Assembly (NCBI GenBank): GCA_002311835.1
Contig: DBZY01000049.1
Location: forward strand, 49,964 to 113,963
Direction of reading: 5' to 3'
Length of the DNA: 64,000 nucleotides
Source: Proteobacteria bacterium UBA1148
Lineage (GTDB): Bacteria; Pseudomonadota; Gammaproteobacteria; Steroidobacterales; Rariloculaceae
Made by a program: the position numbers and the translations under genes. Under the pieces are notes generated by a model. It was not told the origin of the DNA. It ran no database searches and was given only the letters and a program-made list of their open reading frames with translations. This document shows, in pieces, positions 28,475 to 38,377 of this stretch; the first letter of the stretch is position 1; each line of letters starts with the position of its first letter.

Positions 28475-29632
28475 TTACGATCCCGTAGTTATGTTCTTTC
28501 CCAATGCTTCGTGAGCTTGCAATGCAAAACGATCGGTCATGCCCGCGATGTAATCCGATACTACACGTGCCGCAGCAGCCGTGCCGGACTTGTCACAAGC
28601 TTGTTGAGCACGCTGCGCATGTTCTGGAGGCATGCATTCGTAGTCACTCTGAAAAGTTTCGAACAGTACCGATATGATCTCGTGTGCTTTCTCGGTCATG
28701 CTGTGTACTTTTGGGTGTCGATAAAGTTGTTCTCTTAAGAATTGCTTCAGTGTTTTTTGGGTTTCCAAAAAGGCATTGCTGAAACTGATCAGTGGTTTAT
28801 TGTGATCGCGGATCGCATCAATACTGTCCGGTGCGAAATTTTCGATGCGATGTTGGCTTGTATTTATCAAGTCCGCGACCAGTTCACCGATCATTGCTCG
28901 CACGACTTCATGAATTCTCTGACGTTCGTCGATACCGGGATAAAGACGTTTGACGGCATTGAGTTGTTGGGTGAAGAAGCTAATATCAGTCAGGTCACGT
29001 AGTTTAATCAAGCCGGATCTTAAGCCGTCGTCGACATCGTGGTTATTGTAGGCAATCTCATCGGCAACATTGCTGAGCTGAGCCTCCAGTCCAGGCTGTT
29101 GTCGTTCAACGAAGCGTTTCCCGAGTTCGCCAAGTTCGCGGGCGTTAGTCAGAGAACAGTGTTTCAGTATGCCCTCACGTGTTTCGAAGGTCAGATTGAG
29201 ACCGGGGAAACTTGCATAACATTTCTCAAGCTGATCCACGACGCGCAGCGACTGTAAGTTGTGCTCGAAACCCCCGAATTTCTTCATACATTTATTTAGA
29301 GCATCTTGGCCAGCATGCCCGAAAGGTGTATGCCCTAAATCATGAGCAAGACTGATCGCTTCCACCAGGTCTTCGTTGAGTCGCATGGCTCTGGCTACCG
29401 TGCGGGCGATCTGCGCGACCTCAAGCGAGTGAGTCAGCCGGGTTCGGTAAAGGTCCCCTTCATGATTAACGAAAACTTGAGTTTTGTATACCAGACGACG
29501 AAATGCACTCGAATGAATAATGCGGTCGCGGTCGCGCTGAAATTCAGTCCGATGGCTCGGCGGAGCCTCCGGATAAATGCGCCCGCGGGAGTTGTCAGGG
29601 GTCGCAGCGTAAAGAGCTAACTCTTCCGGCAT
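28475..29632 (-). CDS. Deoxyguanosinetriphosphate triphosphohydrolase-like protein (HD domain)
   Basis: It shows F.RDRDRIIHS.AFRRL..KTQVF, the HD motif RLTHSLEV..IAR...HDLGHTPFGH, and the C-terminal VSDYIAGMTD. Confidence 0.85.
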   Translation of the reverse strand: MPEELALYAATPDNSRGRIYPEAPPSHRTEFQRDRDRIIHSSAFRRLVYKTQVFVNHEGDLYRTRLTHSLEVAQIARTVARAMRLNEDLVEAISLAHDLGHTPFGHAGQDALNKCMKKFGGFEHNLQSLRVVDQLEKCYASFPGLNLTFETREGILKHCSLTNARELGELGKRFVERQQPGLEAQLSNVADEIAYNNHDVDDGLRSGLIKLRDLTDISFFTQQLNAVKRLYPGIDERQRIHEVVRAMIGELVADLINTSQHRIENFAPDSIDAIRDHNKPLISFSNAFLETQKTLKQFLREQLYRHPKVHSMTEKAHEIISVLFETFQSDYECMPPEHAQRAQQACDKSGTAAAARVVSDYIAGMTDRFALQAHEALGKNITTGS

Positions 29633-29644
29633 GACAACATCCGA

Positions 29645-30724
29645 TCAACCCGTGAGTTGAGCTTGGATGGCATTTCTAAGTATCGATTCATCCGGGGCGT
29701 TATGCAGGATACCTTTGCCAACTCCCTCAAGGAGCACCATCTTGAGCCCTTGAGCTCTCGCTTTTTTGTCTATGTGCATGAGCTCTATAAGAGCATCCGG
29801 CTCTATTCCAGATGCGGTTACCGGTAATCCAGCCTGTATGATCAGTGATTGAATGCGGTCGCAGTCAACAGACTTGATCATTCCGAGTTCCATGGAAGTT
29901 CTCGCCGCCATTGCAATGCCTATAGCAACGGCTTCACCGTGCAACCACTTCCCATAGCCGCTTAGTGACTCGAGCGCATGACCAAAGGTATGACCGAGAT
30001 TTAACAGCGCACGACGACCTTTTTCGAGTTCATCCTCCGCGACGATAGCCGCTTTTATCTCGCAACTTCGGCGAATTAGGTACGTTAACGCATCGGGTTT
30101 TTGCGTCAGGACATCTGCTATATGATCCTCAAGCCAGCAAAAGAAAGCATCTTCCAGGATGAGGCCGTGTTTGATGACTTCGGCTAATCCGGCTGAGAAC
30201 TCGCGTTCCGGTAATGTCGCTAACGTATCTGTATCGGCGAGCACGCAAAGCGGTTGGTGGAAAGCCCCAATCATATTTTTAGCTTTTGGGTGGTTGACAG
30301 CGGTTTTCCCACCAACAGAGGAATCAACCTGTGCGAGCAGCGTGGTGGGGACCTGTACGTAATCGATGCCGCGCTGATAACATGCTGCCGCAAAGCCTGT
30401 GAGATCGCCAATCACCCCGCCGCCGAGGGCCACTAGACAGGCATCGCGGTGAAATCCTGCCGCAACAAGTTCGTCAACGATCTTTGACAAAGTGCTTAGA
30501 CTTTTTTCTTCTTCTCCATCCGGCAGAATTAGCACGCGTTTTTGCTTTGAAGCTAGCGCTTGCTCTAGTTTGCTGAGATACAGTGGCGCGACTGTTTCAT
30601 TTGATACGACCAATACTTGAGCTGCTGGAATAGAATCTACAAGTAGGTCACTATCGCCGAGGAGCCCCGGTCCGATAAGAATCGGATAGCTTCTTTCGCC
30701 AAGTGAGACTTGAAGTTTTTCCAT
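29645..30724 (-). CDS. aroB: 3-dehydroquinate synthase
   Basis: It contains ALGGGVIGDLTGFAAA.YQRG, VPTTLLAQVDSSVGGKT.VN, and GHT.GHA.E...Y..WLHGEAV. Confidence 0.92.
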   Translation of the reverse strand: MEKLQVSLGERSYPILIGPGLLGDSDLLVDSIPAAQVLVVSNETVAPLYLSKLEQALASKQKRVLILPDGEEEKSLSTLSKIVDELVAAGFHRDACLVALGGGVIGDLTGFAAACYQRGIDYVQVPTTLLAQVDSSVGGKTAVNHPKAKNMIGAFHQPLCVLADTDTLATLPEREFSAGLAEVIKHGLILEDAFFCWLEDHIADVLTQKPDALTYLIRRSCEIKAAIVAEDELEKGRRALLNLGHTFGHALESLSGYGKWLHGEAVAIGIAMAARTSMELGMIKSVDCDRIQSLIIQAGLPVTASGIEPDALIELMHIDKKARAQGLKMVLLEGVGKGILHNAPDESILRNAIQAQLTG

Positions 30725-30747
30725 GTGTGTAGGTTCGCAGGGAGTCG

Positions 30748-31287
30748 TTATTTTTTCAACGGTGAAAAGCTGTGTTCCAGTAACCGCTTTTTAATGTTTG
30801 CGACAGTACTCTTTACTCGTTGCCCCCCAGTATCTACGATGATATTCGCTAGCTCTTCGTAATATGGTTTGCGAACTTCCATTAGTCGTGTCAGAACATC
30901 AGTGGGGGTATCTGTCAGAAGAAGCGGGCGCTTCTTCGTATGCTGAGTGCGTTCGAGTTGCTGTTTCACGCTGGTCTTGAGATATACGATGATACCGTTC
31001 GCGCTTAGTAATTCACGGTTTTCAGCCTCCAAAATAGTGCCGCCCCCTGTTGCGAGAATTATATTTTTCCGCTGCGTAAGATCGGCAATTACTATCTTCT
31101 CCCGCTCTCGAAATCGAGGTTCGCCCTCTTTGTCAAATATGAAAGCGATGTCCACGCCAGCTCGCTGCTCAATCTCAGCGTCGCTATCTACGAACTCTAT
31201 TTCTAAGTCTCTGGCGAGATGCCGTCCTACAGCCGTTTTTCCAGACCCCATCGGACCAATAAGAAATACGTTGTCTAGCTTACTCAT
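30748..31287 (-). CDS. aroK: Shikimate kinase
   Basis: It has the P-loop LIGPMGSGKT.VGR.LA and FRE.E. The aroK-aroB order is conserved. Confidence 0.9.
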   Translation of the reverse strand: MSKLDNVFLIGPMGSGKTAVGRHLARDLEIEFVDSDAEIEQRAGVDIAFIFDKEGEPRFREREKIVIADLTQRKNIILATGGGTILEAENRELLSANGIIVYLKTSVKQQLERTQHTKKRPLLLTDTPTDVLTRLMEVRKPYYEELANIIVDTGGQRVKSTVANIKKRLLEHSFSPLKK

Positions 31288-31639
31288 TAAAAATGGACCG
31301 AATGGATTTCTAAACTTAGAGTCTAGTTGACGGAAAAGAAAAGACCAGCCTGAAAGATAGTTACGACAGCCAAATTTTAGTCCGATTTTTGCTGTTTGTA
31401 GGGAGGTGGCTGGATCGAGTAGGTTTCACCGATATTAAAGGGTTCTTTTGCCGGCGTAAAAACATAAATTTTCCTTTCCAATTCCACAGGTTGGGTTAGA
31501 ATCTTGTAATTAGTATGAATACCCAATTTAACTATGTGGCACTTGCTATTGATGTCACTATGATGAGGTTCACTTCACTGGGAACCAATGGTATGCCCAC
31601 AAGGTCCCAACCACGACGAGGAAGTACAATACGCCTTTA

Positions 31640-34294
31640 GTGATGAGTAAGTACGTCAGAATTTTTATAATTTTTGGAACATGGGCAGTCGTTGGCTGCA
31701 TTTGTATCGGTGCCCTAATTTCAGGGGGGTATTATTACGTAGCGCCAGATCTGCCCCTGGCAGAGGAACTGCGGGACGTGCGCCCGCAAATCCCCTTATC
31801 CATCTACAGCCGAGACGGTCGGCTAATTGCGCAGTTCGGCAATAGGCGTTCGCCAGTTCCTTACGAAGACATTCCACCGATGATGGTACAGGCGGTCCTC
31901 GCCGCAGAGGATGATCGATTCTTTGAGCACCCGGGCATCGATTATCAGGGGATCCTGCGGGCACTGTGGTATTTTGTGATCAATGCGGGAGATAGCGCCC
32001 AGGGTGGTAGCACTATTACGCAGCAGATTGCCCGGCAGGAATTCCTTACGCGCGACAGAACTCTGGCGCGAAAGTTCAAGGAGTGGATACTCGCTGTTCG
32101 CATCGAAAGGGAGTTCAGTAAAGATGAGATTCTGGATATTTACCTCAATACGACGTTTCTTGGGCAGCGTTCCTGGGGTGTAGCAGCGGCAGCACAGACC
32201 TACTTTGGTAAGGACCTGAGCGAGATTAGTCTTTCGGACGCCGCGATTATCGCTGGAATACCTCGGGGACCGTCAATCAATAACCCGTTCAATTCTCCAG
32301 TCAACGCCACACAACAGCGCGCCTACGTTTTGCGTCGCATGCGCGAGCTGAATTTTATTTCTGATGATGAATCTAGGGTGGCGCTAGCCACGCCGATCGA
32401 AGGAAAGCGATTTGCCCCCGAGCAAGAACTCAAAGCGCCTTATGTTGCAGAAATGGTGCGCGCCGAGGTCCTCGACCGGTTTGGACCAGATGCCTACATT
32501 ACAACAGGCCTAAAAGTGACAACAACTATCGACTCGCGTCTGCAGATGGCTGCGGATGAAGCGCTGTGGCAGTCGCTGATTAATTATGATGAGCGTCATG
32601 GCTATCGCGGTCCCTTGACCCGCATCACCCTCCCCGAGCCCTTGTCTGCAGATCATGATGTGGATGAGATCAGTGCGGCTCTTACGGAAGACCAACAAAG
32701 GGAAATGATCAACTCAAGCTATCCAGACGCTAAAAAGGCTGAGTGGAGAGCTTTACTGGAACAATACGCGGCTGTGTCAGGTTTCCGAACTGGATTAGTG
32801 GTTGATGTCCAGGAAATACTGTCCATTGAAAAACAACTGGATTTGCTGGCTATCGAGGCAGCGCGGACAGAGTTCTTAGATGAAGCCGTAGCAGAAGAGG
32901 AAGCTACAGAGATAGAAGAGCCAGTGCCGGTCTTTCAGGCACAAGTCTATTTTGGTGACCTCGGGATTGTGCTGGTAGATATTGATGCCGTTGCATGGGC
33001 GGCCCCTTACGTTAATGAGAATCGTAGAGGAGCTGCTCCAAAAACTGTAGCAGACGTCCTTCGTCCAGGGGACATTGTCCGATTTAGGCTATCCGAATCT
33101 GGGGAATTACGTCTTGGGCAGGTGCCAGAAGTACAGGGAGCTCTAGCTTCTCTGGACCCGCTTGACGGTGCGATCTCCGCGCTGTCTGGCGGGTTTGATT
33201 TCTCACTGAGCAAATACAATCGAGCAACTCAATCTAAGCGCCAGCCGGGCTCCGCCTTCAAGCCGTTTGTTTACTCTGCCGCTTTGGAGAAAGGGTTTAC
33301 CGCGGCTAGCATTTTTAATGATGTGCACGTCGTAGTGTCTAGCCAGGCGCTCGAAGGTGTTTGGCGTCCGGAGAATTATTCGGGTCGGGTTAGCGGTCCG
33401 ACTCGTCTCAGGGAAGCCCTGGTTAAATCTTTGAATCTTGTCTCGATCAGGATTGTACAGAGGGCAGGCATGGACCATACAGTCCAGCATGTGAAGGGGT
33501 TTGGGTTTGATGACGCGGCATCGCCAAGGAACCTAACCTTGGCGCTGGGATCCGGTGGGGTAGCCCCACTAGACCTCGTCCGCGGCTACGCAGCATTCGC
33601 TAATGGAGGCTTTCTTATTGAGCCGTACATCATAGAGAAAATCGAAGATGTGGACGGCACCGAGCTGTACGCGGCTTCTCCAAAACTTGCCTGTATGAAT
33701 TGCGATGAACCTGAGGAGAGTGAACCACTGCTGATACAGAGATTTTCGGATATCTACGCTGGTGAGCGTTACGCTCCCCGTGCCATCAATGCCCAAAATG
33801 CCTATCTCATGAACGATATGATGCAAGATGTAGTACGACGGGGGACAGGGGCGAGAGCATATCGCGAGCTTGGACGCACTGATCTCAGGGGGAAGACAGG
33901 CACAACTAATAATCAGCGCGATGCATGGTTTGCTGGCTTTAACGGGGATGTAGTTGCAGCAACGTGGGTTGGGTTTGATGAGGATAACTCGTTAGGAAAC
34001 CTGGAACAGGGAGCACGTACTGCTCTACCAATGTGGATTAGTTTTATGCGCGAGGCTCTTGATGGTATGCCTTCCCATGCGATGGAGCGCCCACCTGGAA
34101 TCGTAGATGTGCGGATCAATCCAGAGAATGGTCTTGCCACAAGTACTCGTGGCAGGAGTATTTTTGAAAAATTCAGAATGGAACATATTCCAAAGTTGGA
34201 ACAGACGCGCCCCGAATTGCTACAAGGGGTGATCACGGGCGATTCTTCGGAGTCTGATAGACCAGAGACGGCGGGGCCAGGATCAATCTTTTAA
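31640..34294 (+). CDS. mrcA: Penicillin-binding protein 1A (bifunctional glycosyltransferase/transpeptidase)
   Basis: An N-terminal transmembrane anchor is followed by GT51 motifs (EDDRFFEHPGID, GGSTITQQ, RKFKE). A central insertion resembling the PBP1A ODD region follows. The transpeptidase motifs are SAFKP, SLN-like and KTGTTN. Confidence 0.9.
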   Translation: MMSKYVRIFIIFGTWAVVGCICIGALISGGYYYVAPDLPLAEELRDVRPQIPLSIYSRDGRLIAQFGNRRSPVPYEDIPPMMVQAVLAAEDDRFFEHPGIDYQGILRALWYFVINAGDSAQGGSTITQQIARQEFLTRDRTLARKFKEWILAVRIEREFSKDEILDIYLNTTFLGQRSWGVAAAAQTYFGKDLSEISLSDAAIIAGIPRGPSINNPFNSPVNATQQRAYVLRRMRELNFISDDESRVALATPIEGKRFAPEQELKAPYVAEMVRAEVLDRFGPDAYITTGLKVTTTIDSRLQMAADEALWQSLINYDERHGYRGPLTRITLPEPLSADHDVDEISAALTEDQQREMINSSYPDAKKAEWRALLEQYAAVSGFRTGLVVDVQEILSIEKQLDLLAIEAARTEFLDEAVAEEEATEIEEPVPVFQAQVYFGDLGIVLVDIDAVAWAAPYVNENRRGAAPKTVADVLRPGDIVRFRLSESGELRLGQVPEVQGALASLDPLDGAISALSGGFDFSLSKYNRATQSKRQPGSAFKPFVYSAALEKGFTAASIFNDVHVVVSSQALEGVWRPENYSGRVSGPTRLREALVKSLNLVSIRIVQRAGMDHTVQHVKGFGFDDAASPRNLTLALGSGGVAPLDLVRGYAAFANGGFLIEPYIIEKIEDVDGTELYAASPKLACMNCDEPEESEPLLIQRFSDIYAGERYAPRAINAQNAYLMNDMMQDVVRRGTGARAYRELGRTDLRGKTGTTNNQRDAWFAGFNGDVVAATWVGFDEDNSLGNLEQGARTALPMWISFMREALDGMPSHAMERPPGIVDVRINPENGLATSTRGRSIFEKFRMEHIPKLEQTRPELLQGVITGDSSESDRPETAGPGSIF

Positions 34295-34304
34295 AGACTA
34301 AGTC

Positions 34305-34323
34305 CCTGCCGCGGGCAGGTTTC
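34305..34323 (+). terminator. Weak hairpin after mrcA (possible terminator or attenuating structure)
   Basis: CCTGCC-GCG-GGCAGG is followed by TTTC and sits immediately before the next ATG. The short U tract makes function uncertain. Confidence 0.25.
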
Positions 34324-34953
34324 ATGAGGAGAAGTACTGCTATGGCTTGGCGTGGGCTTGGTAGTGCTGAACTGCGGGGGCGCTTAGCACAGGAGGCGGC
34401 CCGGATTATTAGTGAACAAGGTGTACAGGACTATGGCCTTGCTAAACGGAAGGCGGCCCAACGTCTAGGGGTCCGAGAAGCGGGCGCACTCCCCAGTAAC
34501 TCAGAAATAGAGACGTGCGTGACGGAGTGGCAGCGGATTTTTGAACCCGAAAGCCACCGGAATCGACTCAAAGAACTGCGGTGCTTGGCCGTCGATATAA
34601 TGACGTTTTTATCTCCATTTGAGCCAAGGTTGACGGGATCGGTCCTGACCGGAGCCATCACGGCGAATTTCCCAATTGAGATACATCTTTTTACGGATGC
34701 ACCGGAGGAGGTTATCTTGAAGCTTGAGGAAAGTGGTATTCACTACAGGGATTGTGAACGGCGCCACCGATACAGTGATCAACGTATCTCGATTATTCCA
34801 GGTTATCGGTTCACGTTTCAGGGTGAGCGGGTCGCCGCATTAGTTTTTCCCGAGAAGGGACTGAGGCAGGCGCCCATGAGCCTAGTCGACCGACGTCCTA
34901 TGCCGCGGGCACACAGGGCCCGGGTACTTGCTATATTGCAAGATACGGCCTGA
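34324..34953 (+). CDS. Hypothetical protein (209 aa), no family recognised with confidence
   Basis: The ORF fills the whole gap between mrcA and the convergent gltA. Its composition looks protein-like. It has a helical, basic N-terminus (AKRKAAQRLGV) and a central GSVLTGAITANFPIEIHLFTD segment. Confidence 0.45.
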   Translation: MRRSTAMAWRGLGSAELRGRLAQEAARIISEQGVQDYGLAKRKAAQRLGVREAGALPSNSEIETCVTEWQRIFEPESHRNRLKELRCLAVDIMTFLSPFEPRLTGSVLTGAITANFPIEIHLFTDAPEEVILKLEESGIHYRDCERRHRYSDQRISIIPGYRFTFQGERVAALVFPEKGLRQAPMSLVDRRPMPRAHRARVLAILQDTA

Positions 34954-34972
34954 TCGTATGCCGTCAGAGCGC

Positions 34973-36277
34973 CTAGCGATCGGCAATGGGTTGATAGTCT
35001 CTTTGGGCTCGACCGATATAGAGTTGCCGTGGTCGGCCAATGCGTGACTCGGGATCTCTAACCATTTCTCTCCACTGAGCCGCCCATCCGACGGTTCGAG
35101 CAATGGCAAACATCACGGTGAACATGGCTTTCGGGATGCCAAGGGCTTGGTAGATGATGCCCGAATAAAAGTCGACATTAGGGTAAAGATTTTTTTCTAT
35201 GAAGTATGAATCCTTCAAGGCGATTTGTTCCAGCTCCAGCGCCAGCTCGAATAGTGGTGTGTCCTCTCCTTGATCGAGTTTTTCCAATACGCGGTGGCAC
35301 ATCTGCCGAATGATCGTCGCACGTGGGTCATGATTCTTGTAGACCCTATGTCCAAATCCCATCAACCGAAAAGAATCATTCTTGTCTTTGGCTCTTGCAA
35401 TGTATTTATTTATGTTCTTGGCGTTGCCAATCTCTTCAAGCATGTTGATGACCGCCTCGTTGGCACCACCGTGAGCGGGCCCCCAAAGCGCTGAAATGCC
35501 TGCTGAAATAGCTGAGTAAGGATTCGTGCCTGAACTACCAGCTAGCCTAACGGTCGAAGTACTGCAGTTTTGCTCATGGTCGGCATGTAGGACGAATAAA
35601 AGATTGAGAGCCTCTGCTGAGACGGGATCAACCTCGTAGGATCCTGATTGCGCTGGAACAGAAAAAAACATGTTCAATAGATTGCTGCAGTAATCGAGTT
35701 CGTTCTTTGGGTAAACGAACGGTTGTCCAAGTGAGTGTTTATAGGCAGCAGCAGCAATTGTGGGGATCTTAGCCATGATGCGGTGTGAAAATACATCACG
35801 ATCCGCCGAATCCTGTATATCGGTTGTGTCGTGGTAAAACGCGGACATACACGCGACAACGCCGGAAACCATAGCCATTGGGTGCGCATCATGGTGGAAA
35901 CCATTGAAGAACCGCAGGAACGATTCATGTAACATGGTGTGAGTTCGGATCGATTCGTCAAAGGCATTAAGCTCGCTTTCAGTCGGAAGCTCGCCATATA
36001 GCAATAGGAAAGCTACCTCAATGAAGGTGGATTGCTCAGCCAGTTGTTCGATAGGGTAACCTCTGTACATGAGCACACCCTGTTCGCCATCAATGTAGGT
36101 AATGGCACTGGAACAGCCGGCTGTGGAGCCGAAGCCGAGATCGTAGGTGAACACACCCTGTTTGCCGTACAGCGATGAGATGTCAAGCACACTAGGACCA
36201 ACGGTTCCTGTACGACGCTGGAGTTCAAACTCCGCTCCAGATTCTGTGTTTTTTAGGCTGTAAGGCTTGTCGCTCAT
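34973..36277 (-). CDS. gltA: Citrate synthase (type II, large form)
   Basis: It contains [49 protein letters not shown] and [12 protein letters not shown] chose the ATG at 36277 because AGGTG lies 6 nt upstream. Confidence 0.92.
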   Translation of the reverse strand: MSDKPYSLKNTESGAEFELQRRTGTVGPSVLDISSLYGKQGVFTYDLGFGSTAGCSSAITYIDGEQGVLMYRGYPIEQLAEQSTFIEVAFLLLYGELPTESELNAFDESIRTHTMLHESFLRFFNGFHHDAHPMAMVSGVVACMSAFYHDTTDIQDSADRDVFSHRIMAKIPTIAAAAYKHSLGQPFVYPKNELDYCSNLLNMFFSVPAQSGSYEVDPVSAEALNLLFVLHADHEQNCSTSTVRLAGSSGTNPYSAISAGISALWGPAHGGANEAVINMLEEIGNAKNINKYIARAKDKNDSFRLMGFGHRVYKNHDPRATIIRQMCHRVLEKLDQGEDTPLFELALELEQIALKDSYFIEKNLYPNVDFYSGIIYQALGIPKAMFTVMFAIARTVGWAAQWREMVRDPESRIGRPRQLYIGRAQRDYQPIADR

Positions 36278-36454
36278 TACGCGCACCTAGCTCCTTCAGA
36301 ATTTTTATAACCGTTCTTGGCCAAGGACAGGCTCAAAGAATACGGCGCGCGCGTTTCAGACCGGCTTGAGGCCATCAATCACGACATAGACAAAGTATTA
36401 TAGCAGAGGGCTCGTACGCTCGGTTGTGCGCAATGGGTGATTGCGTTGGCAGAC

Positions 36455-36679
36455 CTAATTTTCTTTCTTCGAGCTAGACGAGAGTCCGTAACGACGGCGA
36501 AATTTGTCGACCCGTCCGCCGCTGTCAATAATTTTTTGTTTTCCGGTATAGAAAGGATGACAGGCGGAACAGACTTCTACCTGCAAATCTTTCCTGAGGG
36601 TCGACCGGGTAGTGAATTCGTTGCCACAGCTACAGGCTACCTTGGTCTCGCCATACTCTGGGTGAATATCGGGTTTCAT
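36455..36679 (-). CDS. rpmE: 50S ribosomal protein L31 (Zn-ribbon type A)
   Basis: The protein reads [28 protein letters not shown]...[16 protein letters not shown] with all four Cys present. The ORF-track N-terminal extension is discarded. Confidence 0.92.
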   Translation of the reverse strand: MKPDIHPEYGETKVACSCGNEFTTRSTLRKDLQVEVCSACHPFYTGKQKIIDSGGRVDKFRRRYGLSSSSKKEN

Positions 36680-36811
36680 GCCGCGGTCTTCTAAAAAAGG
36701 GCGCGTGAGCATACTGCCCTGATCGCTAGAAGACAAGATTAAAAGGAAACGAGGGCAGAGTAGATTATTGAAATAACGCCTAAGATTCAGATCTGAAACA
36801 AAAAAGAACCC

Positions 36812-37024
36812 TTATCCACAGATCCTGTGAATAACTCTGTGGAGGACATCAAACATTTTGTCTGAACTCTGCTACTTGCGGTGGTTTTCATAGATTGGTG
36901 AAAAAACGATCATTATGTATATATTCTTAAAAAACAATAAGTTATACATATAAGATAAATCTTTTTTGGAGAATAAGGTCGCAACGAGATTGTTTATGAG
37001 GCCTGCTCCCAAAGTTGTGTATAA
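36812..37024. promoter_or_regulatory. Cluster of DnaA-box matches flanking an AT-rich tract
   Basis: Five box matches are present: TTATCCACA (36812-36820, +), TTATTCACA (36827-36835, -), TCCTCCACA (36838-36846, -), TTATACATA (36942-36950, +) and TTATACACA (37016-37024, -). Three of them fit TTATNCACA exactly. GATC sites lie at 36790, 36821 and 36908. The region 36900-36965 is very AT-rich. Confidence 0.55.
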
Positions 37025-37046
37025 AAAGCTGCGTGTGCCTCACTAA

Positions 37047-37664
37047 CTATGGTTTTCTGGGGAGGGTCGCTAAGGCGAACTGAATCTCGGATAGCGCACG
37101 ACCTCGGTGACTGACCCGATTTTTAACTTCAGAGGGAAGCTCGGCCGCCGTGGCCTTTAGCTCGGGATCGAAGAATACTGGGTCGTAGCCGAAACCTAAC
37201 TCCCCACGGGGCTTCCGGGTGATAAGACCTGGCCATATACCTGAACCAATTAAAGGAAAGGGATTCTGAGGGGCTACTAAAGCTACTATCACACAATAGA
37301 ATTGTGCGCTCCGTTTTTCGTCCGCCACATCCTCCAAAAGTGCCAGCAACTTCGTAACATTGTCGCAATCCTGGTTATCTGGGCCAGCGAAACGAGCAGA
37401 ATTAATGCCTGGAGCACCTGCGAGTGCGTCCACCACAAGACCAGAATCATCGGCGATTGTTGGGAGGCTAGTTGCTGCGGCCACATGGCGAGCCTTCAGA
37501 AGCGCGTTTTCTACGAAGGTGTTGCTAGTTTCCTCTATTGACTCCACGCCGAACTCGCTTTGGGGTAACACCTCTATACTGGAGGGCGCAAGCAACGCCT
37601 GAATTTCTGAGAGTTTGCCAGAATTCCCACTAGCGAGAACCCAGCGACGCGGAGTGTTGGTCAC
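37047..37664 (-). CDS. rdgB: dITP/XTP pyrophosphatase (RdgB/HAM1 family)
   Basis: It contains [35 protein letters not shown], and the S..K...SHR..A C-terminus. Its start overlaps the rph stop. Confidence 0.88.
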   Translation of the reverse strand: MTNTPRRWVLASGNSGKLSEIQALLAPSSIEVLPQSEFGVESIEETSNTFVENALLKARHVAAATSLPTIADDSGLVVDALAGAPGINSARFAGPDNQDCDNVTKLLALLEDVADEKRSAQFYCVIVALVAPQNPFPLIGSGIWPGLITRKPRGELGFGYDPVFFDPELKATAAELPSEVKNRVSHRGRALSEIQFALATLPRKP

Positions 37665-38377
37665 CGACCCAGAGCCTCGGCCTGTTTCGTCAGCAGCAGC
37701 CGTATGCCTTTTGTTGCGAGATCCAGTAACTGGTCTAGTTCCCCTCGTTGGAAAGCATGTCCCTCGGCTGTCCCTTGCACCTCAACGAATCCGCTCGCCT
37801 CGTTCATCACAATATTCATATCTGTTTCCGCTTCAGCATCCTCGGCATAGTCGAGATCAAGTATTGGCATGCCTTTGTAAATGCCGACGGATACAGCGGC
37901 TATCTGGCCATGTAGAGGGTTGCTTTTAAGCTCGCCTTCTTTCATCAATTTGGCGATTGCGAGGGCAAGAGCCACATAACCACCGGTAATCGCAGCGGTG
38001 CGTGTGCCGCCATCAGCCTGTAGGACATCGCAGTCAACAGTGATTGTACGTTCTCCCAGTGCTACACGATCCACAGCTGCCCTTAAGCTACGACCGATGA
38101 GCCGCTGAATCTCCAATGTTCGCCCGCCCTGTTTACCCCTTACAGCCTCGCGAGGATTTCGAGTATGGGTAGCGCGGGGCAGCATGCCGTACTCTGCTGT
38201 GACCCATCCCTCACCCCGGCCTTTGAGGAAATGTGGGACCTTATGCTCAAGACTCGCGGTAGCCAGCACTCTCGTCTTTCCAAACTCCATCAATACCGAT
38301 CCTTCGGCGTAGCTCGCGAAATTCGTGGAGAATTGAACGAGCCGCATTTCCTCTGTACTGCGTCCACTTGGGCGCAT
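37661..38377 (-). CDS. rph: Ribonuclease PH
   Basis: It reads MRPSGRS..E.R...F.....YAEGSVL.EFG.T.VL and contains [32 protein letters not shown] chose the ATG at 38377 to match the canonical N-terminus. Confidence 0.92.
   Translation of the reverse strand: MRPSGRSTEEMRLVQFSTNFASYAEGSVLMEFGKTRVLATASLEHKVPHFLKGRGEGWVTAEYGMLPRATHTRNPREAVRGKQGGRTLEIQRLIGRSLRAAVDRVALGERTITVDCDVLQADGGTRTAAITGGYVALALAIAKLMKEGELKSNPLHGQIAAVSVGIYKGMPILDLDYAEDAEAETDMNIVMNEASGFVEVQGTAEGHAFQRGELDQLLDLATKGIRLLLTKQAEALGR

Noticed and set aside
31361-31465. A 34-aa basic ORF (minus strand) with an AAGGAA motif upstream, in the aroK-mrcA spacer.
   Set aside because: It is too short and compositionally unremarkable to support from sequence alone, and no motif is recognised. 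I mention it only within the pil-loss finding.
36786-37024. Calling the DnaA-box/AT-rich region the chromosomal origin (oriC).
   Set aside because: Genes on both sides (gltA, rpmE, rdgB, rph) are all on the minus strand, so there is no orientation switch. None of dnaA, dnaN, gidA or rpmH is nearby, and the 13-mer matches are poor. Without GC skew I cannot assert an origin, so it stays only as a minor alternative in the finding.
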